DNA of 64,000 nt, taken from Pristiophorus japonicus (Eukaryota). Location of the stretch: NCBI RefSeq assembly GCF_044704955.1, contig NC_091995.1, positions 17,670,001 through 17,734,000 on the forward strand. Direction: 5' to 3'. The position numbers were made by a program, and so were the translations under genes. The notes under the pieces are model-generated. The model searched no databases. It was not told the DNA's origin and saw nothing but the letters and a program-made list of their open reading frames with translations. This document shows, one piece after another, positions 12,960 through 25,994 of the stretch (position 1 is its first letter; every line of letters begins with the position of its first letter).

Positions 12960-15260
12960 AGGATGTGAAAGCCTTAGAAAGGGTGCAGGAAAAGTTTCGG
13001 AAAATGGTTCCAAGGATGAGGGACTTCAGTTACGTGGATAGACTGAAGAACATAAGAAATAGGAGCAGGAGTAGGCCATTTGGCCCCTCGAGCCTGCTCC
13101 GCCATTCAATGAGATGGTGGCTGATCTTCTACTTCAACTGCACTTGGTTGCACTGTCTCCATATCCCTTGCTTCTCTCAATATCTTAGTCTTAAATTGCC
13201 GGCCCCTTCTTCTGAGACTGTGACACCTGGTTTTAGACTCCACAACCAGGAGAAACATACCCTCTGCCTCTATCCTATCAAGCCCTGTAATTATGTTGTA
13301 TGGTTCAATGAGATCACCTCTCATTCTTCTAAATTCTAGAGAACATAGGCCTAGTCTACTCAATCTCTCCTTGGGAGAATCGTTCCATCCCAGGAAGCAG
13401 TCTGGCGATTCTTTTTTGCACTCCCTCTGTGGCAAGTATATCCTTCCTTCGGCAAGTAGAATAGAACTGTACACAATACTCCAGGTGTGGTCTCTATATA
13501 ATTGCAGCAAGACGTCTTTACTCTTATACTCAAATCCTCTTGTAATACAGAATGACATACCATTTGCTCTCTCAATTACTTGCTGTACCTGCATGTTAAT
13601 CTTTTGTGATTCGCGTACAGGTCCATCTGACCACCAACATTTCCCAATTTCGCATCATCTAAAAAGTAAACTGCTTTTCTATTTTTCCTACCAAAGTGGA
13701 TAATTTCACTTTTCTCTGCATTTTCTCCATTTGCCACGTTCTTGCTCACTCACTTAGCGTGTCTATATCCCCTTGAAGCCTCTTTGCATCCCACCTAGCT
13801 TTGTCTCATCAGCAAACCTGGATATATTACATTTGGTTCCCTCATCAAAATCATTGATATATATTGTGAATAGCTGAGCAATAAACACCGATTCTTGCAG
13901 AACCTCACTAGTTACAGCTTGCCAACTGGAAAATGACACGTTCATTCCCACTCTCTATTTTCTGCCCGTTAACCAATACTCAATCCATGCTAATATATTA
14001 CATCCAATCCCATAAGTCGTAATCTTGGTTAATAAGCTCTTGGATGTCACCTTATCGAATGCCTTCTGAAAATCCAAATACACCACATCCACTGGTTCCC
14101 CCTTATCTTTTCTGCGAGTTACAACCTCAAAAAACTCGAACAGATTTGTCAAACATGATTTTCCTTTCATACATTCGTGTTGACTCTGCCCAGTCTTATT
14201 ATTATTTTCCAAGTGCCCTGTTACAAATTTATTACTAATAGATTCTAGCATGTTCCTACTGCTGATATCAGGCTGACTGGTGTATAGATCCTCGTTTTCT
14301 CTCACCCTCTTTTCTTAAATAGTGTGGTTACATTCGCTATCTTCCTATCCACGGGAACCATTCTAGAATCTATGGAATTTTGGAAGATGAAAACCAATGC
14401 ATCCACTATTTCTATAGCCACCTCTTTCAAAACCCAAGATAAAGGCCATGAGGTCCAATGGATTTATCGGCTTTCAGTTCCATTAATTTCTGCAGTATCA
14501 TTTTTTTACTAGTACTAATTTCTTTCAGTGATAATCCTCATTCTCACTAGACCTTTGGTGCTCCATTCTTTCCGGCAAGTATTTTGTGTCTCCATCCGTG
14601 AAGACAGAAACAAAGTATTTGTTTAATTTCTCTGCCATTTCCTATTTGCCATTATAATTTCTCCATTACCTTAGCCTGTGAGGAAAGCACATTTACTTTC
14701 GCTAATCTCGGCCGTTTTACATACCTATAGAAGCTTTAACAGTCTGAAACTTTGGCGTGACAATTCTATATGTAGTTTAAAGTCCCCATGATTACGGTAT
14801 CATCCTTATTACGTGCGTTTATAATTTCCTCATTTATACACAGCCCTCAAATATAACTATTGTTTGGGGTCTATAACGAACTCCAACCAAACTTTTTTTT
14901 ACCCTTTGCTGTTTCTTAGCCCCACCCATACTGATTCTACTTCTTGATTTTGAGAGCAAAATCTCTACTGTCTTTATCCCATCCTTTATTATAAGGGCTA
15001 CCCATCCTCCGTTATGATTTTGCCTATCTTTCTAAAAGTAAATTATCCCGGAACATTTTGTGCACAACCTTGCCACTTGGCAACCACGTCTCCATAATGT
15101 TTATTCGCTGAAACCTGTTAATGTTTGATTGTACGGTTAATTCATCTATTTTGTTGCAAATTCAGGTATGATGCATTTAGCTTTAACATATTTATATTCA
15201 TCCCTGATGTCAAATTAGTTACTGATGCCTTATTACCTGTTTTGCTTTATCTGTCCCTTC
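12960..15260 (-). mobile_element. Degenerate CR1 LINE
   Basis: VVYLDFQKAFDKV, FTIYINDFDEG, FADETK, LEFRRMRGDLIE. A short + strand CR1 piece lies at the left edge. Confidence 0.85.
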
Positions 15261-16880
15261 CTGACCCACTTTGCTTATTTTTACCCAAATCTCTACTCTG
15301 ATCTAGAGCCTTGAAAGACAGCACCTCCGAAAATACAGCACTCCCTCAGCAGCTGACACCTGATATCCTGTGCGACTGTGACCGCTATCTCACGTACCAT
15401 CTCCTTAGCTTTGCATAGTTATACACCTGAATGTTCGGACACGTGAATAGTCAAGTAGGAGGACTAGAACCAGGTGGAGGTCGAACAGGGTGGCTTCAAT
15501 CTTGCTCATGTTGCATTACAGAGGGTTCTGGTTCATCCAGGACGTGATGACCACTAGATATATCTGACAGCTTGGGATGACCATGCAATGTGGGTAATTA
15601 ACCTTGCATCTCATCAGAATGCGTGTGAAATTTCGTTCTATGCTTGTGGACGATGTTATGGAATATTAGCGTGCAGTTGTGGACAAGAAGCCAATCAAGT
15701 ATGGACCATTGCCAAATTTGGCACTTACTGGGGGTGAGCATAGGGAAACAGGAAGAAAAGGCAACCTACACTGTTGCCTTGGTAGTGTTACTAAGTGTTA
15801 CAGAGCTGAATCACAGAGAAGCAGTGTGCGAAATAAGGGTCCAATGTGTTGATAGCTGCAGGGTGATGAAGGATATCATAGCGTGACTACAAACACAATG
15901 GGATATTTCTGGTGACGTTCACTAGGGTAGCTTGAGTGGTGAGGGCCGAAATAGGGGTGGTTATCGAGTTAGGTGTTCAGATGCATCTAGGTACCTTAGA
16001 CAGGATGAGAACTTTAGAGATTGACGTATAGCTGAAGTGGATAGAAATATCGAAGGTGGGCTTGTTCTGAAAAAGGATAATAGGAACAGTTTTTTGGGGG
16101 AGGCAAAATGCCTGAGGAGAGGCAGGGCTGCACTGAAAAGAGGCAGTTGAGTTGTTTTTAGGGGGACTCTGAGGAGTAGATGGTAAGTTTCATGGAAGTC
16201 GAGAGTCTGATAAGAACATAGTGGGCAAAGGTAGAGCGTTGTGGAGCAGGTCCTACAGTGTGTTGGGCTTCAGAACGTTCGCGAGCTAGAGAGGGAGCAG
16301 AAATCAAAGGTGGCAGAGAGGATAAATGCAAAGGATGTTTTATTCCAATACAGTGGCTGCTGCCAATGTCACTGAACAATTCTATTCTCTTTTAATTTGG
16401 AGATCTACATATTAAGACATGATGTGCGAGGCAAATATGAAAAAGTGTGATTATGCAGTGAAGAAAGCTTAGTGATTTGATGAGAATCATAAAATAATAG
16501 AAAGGTTCCAGCACAGAAAGAGGCCATTCGACCAATCGGTCCGTGTCGGTTCTTTGCAAGAGCACTTCAGCTAAGCCTTGGCAAGTTGCTGCAAGACATC
16601 TTGTAGATAGTACACACTGCAGCCACTTTGCGCCGGTGGTGCAGGGAGTGAATGTTGAAGATAGTGGATGGGGTGAAAGTTTGTGGATCCAGGTAAGGTG
16701 GATGCAGAAGATACCATAGCACTATACGAAGAAGTTCAGGGAGCATTCCAGTGCTTCCTTCAAACAATCCAGCACTCCCCTCAAAAAATGATCAACTGAT
16801 CCTTTATCTAATTTGCTGTCGAAGGAATCATGTTTGTTGCAAGGCTGTTGCTGTGCTTAACTGCAAAGCAGAAGTGACTA

Positions 16881-17116
16881 TAGGGTGGATCTTTGCCTCT
16901 ACCACCTGGGAGTTAAGCCTGGGAGGAGCAAAGGGGAACGGTTGGTTGGTATCTTTGCACTGAAGTAACAGAAGGTTTTGGATTTTCCTTTCAACAAAAT
17001 CAATTGAAGCAAATTCCAACAGACTCTGTTGGAATCATTGGAACCATGACATTTTCTTCCATGATTTCCCCCAGCGATGCTTAACACCTAAACATTGAAG
17101 ACAAAAATCTACCCAT
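16881..17116. mobile_element. MITE-like element with terminal inverted repeats
   Basis: TAGGGTGGATCTTTG ... CAAAAATCTACCCATA, plus imperfect internal palindromy. Confidence 0.5.
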
Positions 17117-17169
17117 ATCTGTTGAAACTTAGTTAGTTGCGCAGAGCTTTGAGAGGTGGTTCTCCCAAT

Positions 17170-20100
17170 CTACATTGATTTGGTTGGAAGTTCAGCAGAA
17201 CCCTACTTCAGCTACAACTCTGGAGCATCCACGATGCTGAGAATGACGTAAATAGCACGTTTAACGAGTTGGTCTTACCGCAGGTAAAGGATACACAGCC
17301 AGAAAGTAAATGGGTGAGCAACAGGAAGAGCAGTGCAAGGAAGGTAATGCAGGGGTCCACTGCGGTCATCCTTTGCAAAACAGATACATCGCTTTGGGTA
17401 CTGTTGAGGGGGATAACTCATCAGGGGGGAGCGGCAGCAGCCAAGTTCAAGGCACTGTGGGTGGCTCTGCTGCACAGGAGGGCAGGAAAAAGAGTGGGAG
17501 AGCTACAGTGATAGGGGATTCAATTGTAAGGGGAATAGGTAAGCATTTCTGCGGCCGCAACCGAGACTCCAGGATGGTATGCTGCCTCCCTGGTGCAAGG
17601 GTCAAGGATGACTCGGAGCGGGTGCAGGACATCATGAAAAGGGAGGGAGAACAGCCAGTTGTCATGGTGCATATAGGTACCAACGATATAGATAAAAAAC
17701 GGGATGAGATCCTACGAGACGAATTTAGGGAGCAAGAAGCTAAATTTAAAAGTAGGACCTCAAAAGTAGTAAGCTCAGGATTGCTACCAGTGCCACGTGC
17801 TAGTCAGAGTAGAAATAACAGGAGAGTTAAGATGAATACGTGGCTTGAGGAGTGGTGCAAAAGGGAAGGATTCACATTCCTGAGACATTGGAACCGGTTC
17901 TGGGGTAGGTGGGACCAGTACAAATCGGACGGTCTGCTCCTGGGCAGGACGGGAACCAATTTCCTAGGGGGAGTGTTTGCTCGTGCTGTTGGGGGGGGAG
18001 TTAAACTAATATGGCAGGGGGATGGGAACCTAGCAGGGAGATAGAGGAAATAAAAGGGGGTCAGAAGCAAAAGATAGAAAGTAGGATAGAAAAAGTGGAG
18101 GGCAGAGAAATCCAAGGCAAAAATCAAAAAGGGCCACATTACAGCAAAACTATAAAAAGACAAGCCTGAAGGCTCTGTGCCCAAATGCAAGGAGTATTCG
18201 GAATAAGGTGGACGAATTAACTGCGCAGTCAGCAGTTAACGGGTATGATGTAATTGGCATCACGGAGACATGGCTCCAGGGTGACCAAGGCTGGGAACTC
18301 AACATCCAGGGGTATTCAACATTTAGGAAGGATAGGCAGAGAGGAAGAGGAGGCGGGGTGGCCTTGCTGGTTAAAGAGGAAATTAATGCAACAGTAAGGA
18401 GGGACATGAGCCTGGACGATCTAGAATCGGTATGGGTGGAGCTGCGGAATACCAAAGGGTAGAAAACGCTAGTGGGAGTTATGTACAGACCATCAAACAG
18501 TCGTAGTGAGGTTAGGGACAGCATCAAACAAGAAATGTGGAATGTGTGCAGTAAATGTACAACAGTTATCATGGGCGACTTTAATCTACATATTGATTGG
18601 GCTAACCAAACTGGTAGCAATGCGATGGAGGAGGATATCCTGGAGTGTATTAGGGATGGTTTTCGAGATCAATATGTCGAGGAACAAACTAGAGAGCTGG
18701 CCATCCTAGATTGGGTGATGTTTAATGAGAAAGGACTAATTAGCAATCTTGTTGTGCAAGGCCCCTTGGGGAAGAGTGACCATAATATGGTAGAATTCTT
18801 TATTAAGATGGAGAGTGACACGGTTAATTCGGAAACTAGGGTCCTGAACTGAAGGAAAGATATCTTCGATGGTATGGGACATTAATTTTCTAAAATAGAC
18901 TGGCAAAGGATACTTAAAGGGTTGACAGTGGATAAGCAATGGCAAACATTTAAAGATCACATGGATGAACTTCAACAATTGTATATCCCTGTCTGGAGTA
19001 AACAATAAAACGGGGAAGGTGGCTCATCTGTGGCTAACAAGGGAAATTAAAGATTTGTTTAAAACCAAGGAAGAGGCATATAAATTGGCTAGAAAAAGCA
19101 ACAAACCTGAGGACTGGGAGAAATTTAGAATTCAACAGAGGAGGACTAAGGGTTTAATTAAGAGGGGGAAAATGGTGTTCGAGAGGAAGCTTGCAGGGAA
19201 CTGACTGAAAAAGCTTCTATAAATATGTGAAGAGAAAAAGATTAGTGAAGACAAACGTAGATCCCTTGCAGTCTGATTCAGGTTAATTTATAATGGGGAA
19301 CAAAGAAATGGTAGACCAATTGAACAAATATTCGGTTCTGTCTTCACGAAGGAAGACACAAATAACCTTGCGAATGTACTAGGGGACAGTGGGTCCAGTG
19401 AGAAAGAGGAACTGAAGGATATCCTTATTAGGCGGGAAATTGTGTAAGGGAAATTGAAGGGATTGAAGGCCGATAAATCTCCAGGGCCTGATAGTCTACA
19501 TCCCAGAGTAATTAAGGAAGTGGCCCTAGAAATAGTGGGTGCATTGGTGATCATTTTCCAACAGGCTATCGATTCTGGATCAGTTCCTATGGACTGGAGG
19601 GTAGCTAATGCAACATCACCTTTTAAAAAGGGAGGGAGAGAGAAAATGGGTAATTATGGACCGGTTAGCCTGACATCAGTAGGGGGGAAATGTTGGAATC
19701 AATCATTAAGGATGAAATAGCATGCATTTGAAAACAGTGACAGGATCGGTCCAAATCAGCATGGATTTATGAAAGGGAAATCATGCTTGACGAATCTTCA
19801 GAAATTTTTTGAGGATGTGAGTTGCAGAGTGGACAAGGGAGAACCAGTGGATGTGGTGTATTTGGACTTTTAAAAGCTTTTGACAAGGTCCCGCACAAGA
19901 GATTGGTGTGCAAAATCAAAGCTCATAGTATTGGGGATAGAGAACTGGTTGGCAGACAGGAAGCAGAGAGTCGGGATAAATGGGTCCTTTTCAGAATGAC
20001 AGGCAGTGACTAGTGGAGTGCCGCAGGGCTCATTGCTGGGGCCCCAGCTCTTTACAATATACATTAACGAGTTAGATGAAGGAATTGAGTGTAATATCGT

Positions 20101-21035
20101 CAAGTTTGCAGATGACACTAAACTGGGTGGCAGTGTGAGCTGTGAGGACGATGCTAAGAAACTGCAGGGTGACTTGGACAGGTTAGGTGAGTGGGCAAAT
20201 GCATGGCAGATGCAGTATAATGTGGATAAATGTGAGGTTATCCATTTTGGGGGCAAAAACACGAAGGCAGAATATTATCTGAATGGCGGCAGATTAGGTA
20301 AGGGGAGGTGCAACGAGACCTGGGTGTCATGGTTCATCAGTCATTGAAAGTTGGCATGCAGGTACAGCAGGCGGCGAAGAAGGCAAATGGTCTGTTGGTC
20401 TTCATAGCTAGGGTATTTGAGTACAGGAGCAGGGAGGTCTTACTGCAGTTGTACATGGCCTTAGTGAGGCCTCACCTGGAATATTGTGTTCAGTTTTGGT
20501 CTCCTAATCTGAGGAAGGACGTTCTTGCTATTGAGCGAGTGCAGCGAAGGTTCACCAGACTGATTCCCGGGATGGCTGGACTGTCATATGAGGAGAGACT
20601 AGATCAACTGCGCCTTTATTCACTGGAATTTAAAATGATGAGAGGGGATCTCATAGAAACATGTAAGATTCTGACTGGACTGGACTGTAGATGCAGGAAG
20701 AATGTTCCCAATGTTGGGCAAGTCCAGAACCAGGGGACATAGTCTTAGGATAAGAGGTAGGCTATTTAGGACTGAGATGAGAAGAAACTTCTTCACTCAG
20801 AGAGTTGTTAACCTGTGGAAATCCCTGCCGCAGAGAGTTGTTGATGCCAGTTCATTGGATATATTCAAGAAGGAGTTAGATATGGTCCTTACGGCTAAAT
20901 GGATCAAGGGGTATGGAGAGAAAACAGGAAAAGGGTACTGAGGGAATTATCCGCCATGATCTTATTGAATGGTAATGCAGGATCGAAGGGTCGAATGGCC
21001 TACTCCTGCACCTATTTTCTATGTTTCTATGTTTC
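17170..21035 (+). mobile_element. Near full-length CR1 LINE: ORF1 SGNH esterase + APE endonuclease + RT (ORF2 disrupted)
   Basis: ORF 17310-18044 contains VIGDSIVRG, LPGARV, HIGTND and DGL. Downstream are ITETW, GDFN, SDH, GVPQGS and FADDTK. Ends in a (CTATGTTT)n tail. Confidence 0.95.
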
Positions 21036-21302
21036 TAACCCATTTCTTCTGAGTGCCGCCACTTTTCTGCTGTAATAAACCGCGGGAGAACGGGAGAATC
21101 CCGCAGAAGTTATCCCTTTCATTGAGTTTAAAGTAAAGTTTTCATTTCAATAAAAGGTACAATGGAAAATCAACAGAACAACCTGACGTGGGGCAACTGA
21201 GTAGAAATTTTATTACGAAAATATTACGTGATGAAACTGGTTTGATTTAACAGTATGAACGCTGAACATTTTGGTATTCATTTTAACAGATGCATGAACC
21301 TG

Positions 21303-21308
21303 TTTATT
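21303..21308 (-). promoter_or_regulatory. Candidate polyadenylation signal of the ITIM-bearing gene
   Basis: TTTATT on + (AATAAA on -), about 290 bp past the stop codon. A second copy is at about 21208. Confidence 0.4.
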
Positions 21309-21595
21309 TCATTTGATAGCACGCCCCTAAGAAGAGGGGACTGATATATTTCAGACAAATGTGATAAATGTTCTCAAATAATATAAAAGATACTAATGTT
21401 AAAGCATTCTAAATTTCAAATCCTTGCTATTGAATCATTTCCGTGGAAGATTCTCCGATCATCCACCGTTGAAGATCCCAGAGGACCCCGAGTTTCCGCC
21501 AAAGTTATGGTGGGAGAGCAGAACATCTCTGCGATAGTTGCACCCTTTGTCCATCGGAGGCTTCTCATCATTGGGACGGATTGTGACGGCTCTGC

Positions 21596-21703
21596 TTACT
21601 TCAGCAAAGCGTACAGCACCGCTTCTTGATTCACGCTCCGTCCTGTTTGTTTGCTCTTCTGCAGATTCAGCGTGGCGTATTGCAACTTGTCATCGCCCTC
21701 TCT
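21596..21703 (-). CDS. Terminal cytoplasmic exon with two ITIMs
   Basis: Acceptor ctttaatctcaacag|AGA (phase 0). Reads REGDDKLQYATLNLQKSKQTGRSVNQEAVLYALLK-stop, with ITIMs LQYATL and VLYALL. A minus-strand AATAAA lies at 21303-21308. Confidence 0.75.
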   Translation of the reverse strand, partial: REGDDKLQYATLNLQKSKQTGRSVNQEAVLYALLK

Positions 21704-22539
21704 CTGTTGAGATTAAAGTGATTCAGTGCTGAATATTGTAAATTGAATGGAGTGTTTGGCATCAAACACAGTGCAAAGATTAAAACCGATATGTTGTGCA
21801 TTCTCAATCGAATAGAATGCACCCCATTGAACATTCTACATATAATTAGAATATGAGTCCGTCTCTCAAATATTGTAACAGGATAGAACACGCCATCCTA
21901 AATATTCCTGTTCTTTTGAAGATATTTCAGCCTGTCAAATATTGCACAATTTAAATAATCAAATAAGGGGAAATAGCCGACTGAAATAGCGCATAATTTC
22001 AACTATAATTTTAAAATCCAACCATTTAGAAGGAATTCGCAATTCACACTTCATGAATTCACGAACAGTGGGAGTGTCAGCAGCTGGGAAAGACAGATTG
22101 ACATTTGGGAATAGCTGTTCAGGAGAACTTCTGTTCGAATGAAGGGTCCTAACCCAACGCTTACCCTGTGTTATCTCTTTCAGGTGCTGAACTACTTTGC
22201 ATATTCTGCATTTTCTGTTTTGACTTCAGATTTCCAGCATTTTTGCTGGTTTCCTTCTTATCTCGACTTGTGAAGTGATGTATATGTTTATATATGTATG
22301 TGTTTTAGTGTAGAATCGTGGGTGCCCCAATTTTGGGGTTTATGTTAGGCATCTCTGTGTACCTCCTGTATGTGCATGCACCTGCCTTTTGGTGTGTGCC
22401 TATTTGTATTTGCGATTGTCTGTGTGAGTATGCCTTTCTCTGTGTGTGCAGGCGTTTGAATTGAGATTTAATGTCCTGGTTGGCTCTCTGTCGAATTATA
22501 ACGAATATTTTAAATGCCAGCTCTATTGGAATTTTATTT

Positions 22540-22625
22540 TAAACTTGCCACGCCTGTGCGTAACACTGGCGTTCGGGATGGGCCGCAATGCTAGCTTTAC
22601 GCCTGTGTGGCAAGTTGAGAATATA
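22540..22625. repeat. Short hairpin/MITE remnant
   Basis: AACTTGCCACGCCTGTGCGTAA ... TTTACGCCTGTGTGGCAAGTT form inverted ends. The same terminus occurs at about 29760-29795. Confidence 0.5.
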
Positions 22626-22689
22626 CCCCACAGCTTCAAGAAGAAATGTTGAGGCCGTCCAACCTCGTTTCTTTTTTAGATTGTTACAG

Positions 22690-22745
22690 CCTACGGAGAG
22701 GACTCTTTATATTCTAATCTACCTGGAAACGTAAACAAGAGATCG
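22690..22745 (+). CDS. Cytoplasmic exon with ITIM-like SLYSNL, in inverted orientation (56 bp, phase 1-0)
   Basis: cttttttagattgttacag|CC TAC GGA GAG GAC TCT TTA TAT TCT AAT CTA ... AGA TCG|gtagtt gives (A)YGEDSLYSNLPGNVNKRS. The phases exactly bridge the minus-strand exons at 24707 and 21703. Confidence 0.55.
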
Positions 22746-22849
22746 GTAGTTTTAAAGTAACATAAATAGCCAAAGTCATTGTGCTACATACCCAATTTGG
22801 TCTTCTGCACTCAGAGCTGTCATTATTCCCCTCTATGAAGCATAGAAAA

Positions 22850-23310
22850 AAAAATTTTCCGCGTCTTTCATCATCACCGGACATCACAAAGCGTTATACA
22901 GCGAATAAAGTACTTTTTAAAAAAGCGTAGTTAATGTTGGAAACGCAGCAGACATTTTGCACACAGGTGCCCCACAAACATCTACGTGATCATGAACAGA
23001 TAATCTGCTTTACTGTTGTTGATTGAGGGATATATATTGGCCAGGAGATGACAACTCCCCTGCTCTTCTTCGAAATAGTGCCTGGAATCTTTTAAGTCCA
23101 CAAGGGAGAGCAGACAGGGACTCGGTTAAAGTCTTATCTGAAAGGCACAGCTCCCCCTCCCTTCCCCGCCTCCCTCCGCAGAGCAGCGCTCCTTCAGTAC
23201 TGCTTGGCAGGGTCAGCTTAGATTTTTGTGCTACAAGTCCCTGAAGTGGGACACACACCTACAACCTTTTGACTCAGAAGCGAGGGTGCTACTAACTGAG
23301 CCACGGGAAA
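22850..23310 (-). mobile_element. tRNA-headed DeuSINE-like SINE
   Basis: Head GTGGCTCAGTTAGTAGCACCCTCGC on the minus strand plus a Deu-like core. Further copies at 30360-30710 (-), 50870-51300 (+) and 54135-54555 (+). Confidence 0.7.
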
Positions 23311-24164
23311 TGACCCTGTATAATTTAATTTACTTGAACTGTGTATACAATACAATAGAACGTACTGTACCTTAACAATCGCACTGTAATGCACTGTGTT
23401 ATAAGGTTATAGGATACAGCATAACGTGGTAGAAAACCGTAGAATGCAATTAAATAAAATACAGTAGGAAATAACGCATTGCAGAACAATAAAACGATAC
23501 AATTAGTATGGTCCAACATATAATACTCTAACAATATAAAACAGCCTCAGATTTTTATGTTTAATTATTTACTTTAAACTGGTGAGCAAAGCAATTTGAT
23601 ATGAACGCACCCAGCACTCATACGAGAATAGAGTGACAACTAGGCTAATCTATTATAATATTTGATATATCATTGAAACATACATTACAATATTATGTAC
23701 TAATTTCTCACAAAAAAGCAGCAGTGGAAAGAAAATCTTTCAAAATATTATATTAGCCATATCCCTTAACACCTCAAATTGACTTTGTGACCAAGATGCC
23801 TAAAGTGTGTCACTCAATAGCCATTCTAGAAGCAAGAATTATTGAATCATAGAATCACCCAGTACAAAAGGAGGCTATTCGGCCCAACAGCCCTTGTCGG
23901 CTCTCTGAAGGAGCTATTAATTAGTCCCGCTGCCTTGCTCTTTCCCCCTATCCCTGAAAAGCATCCCTTTTTAAAGTAGTTATCCACTTCCATTTTGAAA
24001 GTTACTGTTAGTTCTGCTCACTCAAACCTCTCTCACAGTACATTCCAGATCATAACCACTCGCTGAGTAAAAAAAACAATCTCCTCATCTCTCCACATGG
24101 CTGTGTTATGCCAGTTATCTTAAATGTGTGTTCTCTAGTTGCCAGACAGAATACAATTTTTTTA

Positions 24165-24540
24165 AATTCACGGATGTGGGCTTTGCTAGCAAGGTCAGTA
24201 TTTATTGCCCCTCCCTAATTGCCCTTGAGAAGGTGCCGACAATCCACCAATTCAGAGGACAGTTAGGAGTCAACCTCATTGCTGTGAGTCTGGAGTCACC
24301 TTAAGACCAGTCCAGGTAAAGACGGCAGATGTCCTTCCCTAAAGAGATATTTCACAATAGTGAACAAGATGGGTTTTTAATGACAATCTGTTAGTTACTA
24401 GCTTTTTATTCCGATTTAGTTCACCTTAATTAATTTAAATTTCCCAGCTGCCGTGGTGAGATTTGAACTCCTGTCTCTGGATTATTCGTCCAGACTTCTA
24501 GGATTATAAGGCCAGTAACTTATCCACTATGGTAGCGTAA
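24165..24540 (-). mobile_element. tRNA-derived SINE (second family)
   Basis: B-box-like GAGTTCAAATC on the minus strand. A paralog lies at 56740-57125. Confidence 0.6.
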
Positions 24541-24706
24541 CGCTAAATAATCAGACCGAACAATACAGAACTCTTTGTCTATGGGTTATAACTGATGGAA
24601 AAGGAAATTAACCAGATTATCAATTAAAATCAAATTAATTCGAAGGAGTAAATGTTGGTTATTTACTAAAAGTGACAGGTTGTGCACAGTTATTTCTGTT
24701 ACCCAC

Positions 24707-24741
24707 CTGTTTCACGGATCACTGCGCAGAGTGGATCTGGT
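24707..24741 (-). CDS. Cytoplasmic micro-exon 2 (35 bp, phase 2-1)
   Basis: cctctgttgcttcag|ACCAGAT...GAAACAG|gtgggt gives RPDPLCAVIRET. Confidence 0.65.
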
Positions 24742-24846
24742 CTGAAGCAACAGAGGACATCAGGAACGTTAGGCATTTAACAAAATAAAATACATTGAAG
24801 AAAAAGAAAGTGGATTCTTAAAAAGTAGTTCTATGTAAACAATTAC

Positions 24847-24868
24847 CTCGTGGGTTGCTGAAGAGCGA
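24847..24868 (-). CDS. Cytoplasmic micro-exon 1 (22 bp, phase 1-2)
   Basis: ttcccctcctcacag|TCGCTCTTCAGCAACCCACGAG|gtaatt gives VALQQPT(R). Phase matches both flanking exons. Confidence 0.65.
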
Positions 24869-25199
24869 CTGTGAGGAGGGGAATATTAAGATAGAACAGT
24901 TAAAGTGCTGAAGTTATTGATTATTTCAGTCTTCTCACATATATCATTGGTATCGAATAAATTTAATCACATTTTAGGGGAAATTTTAACCAAACACACG
25001 GAGGAGCAGACGGGATCGGGTGCAACGTTGGTTTCACACTCCGCCTGATTATTAAATCAGTTGGCGAGCAATATTGGGCGGGATTGAACCCGGCGTTTCA
25101 TCCCATCTCGTTCGTTTCCCACCCGGTGCGTTAAAATGAAATTACCAAAGGATTTGCCAACCACACAGACTTCAGTAGGGTTAAAATTAATGTTGTTAC

Positions 25200-25328
25200 C
25201 TCTCTTACCACGCCGGCTGACAACAACTACAGTGACTATAATGATGATCAGGAGAGACACGGTTCCCGCTGCAACGACGAGTGGTGTGATCTTTGGTTTG
25301 GACTGGTCGTTGCTGCCCACTCTACCAT
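25200..25328 (-). CDS. Stalk + neutral transmembrane exon of inhibitory-type receptor
   Basis: Acceptor tttacacacag|AT, donor AGAG|gtaac, phase 1-1. Reads DGRVGSNDQSKPKITPLVVAAGTVSLLIIIIVTVVVVSRRGKR: an uncharged TM followed by basic stop-transfer residues. Confidence 0.75.
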
Positions 25329-25994
25329 CTGTGTGTAAATATAAAGGTTCATTGTGAGACAGAGCAGTCAAGAGCAGGGCAATTGTTCACATTGAGATTC
25401 ATCAAATGTGATATGAATTCTAATCCCTCTTGACATGGGCGGGTATATTCATACTTAACACTGGGATACTTCAAACTAGGTCATCGATTAAAATGCAAAA
25501 TATCACCGGTGGTCAACTGGAACGTTTCCTACCCTTGAAATAACATTGGGAAAATTTTAATGTAGGAATACTTAATGGGTTGGTGCCAATTTCATTTTGT
25601 TTGAATGAGATGGGGTGGGGTTGGGGGACGGTGGTGAGACGGCCGTATGAGTTCCGTTACCATAGGAAAATGATTAGGCAATTTAACCCCTCAAGTCTGC
25701 TCCGCCATTCAATTAGATCATAGCTAATTTGCAACCTAACTTCATGTTCCTTAGTACCTTTGTTTAACAAAAAGCTATCAATCACAGATTTTAAATTTAC
25801 AATTTACCCAGCATCAGTTGCCATTTGTGAAAGAGAGTGCCAATCTTCTACTACTCTTTGTGTGGAGAAGTGTTCACTCATTTCGCTCTTGAGAATTCTG
25901 GTTCTATATTTTAGACTATGCCCCCGGTCCTAGGCTGCCAAACTAGCTGAAATAGTGCATCTCAGTCTTTCCAATCTGTTCCCCTTAATATCTT

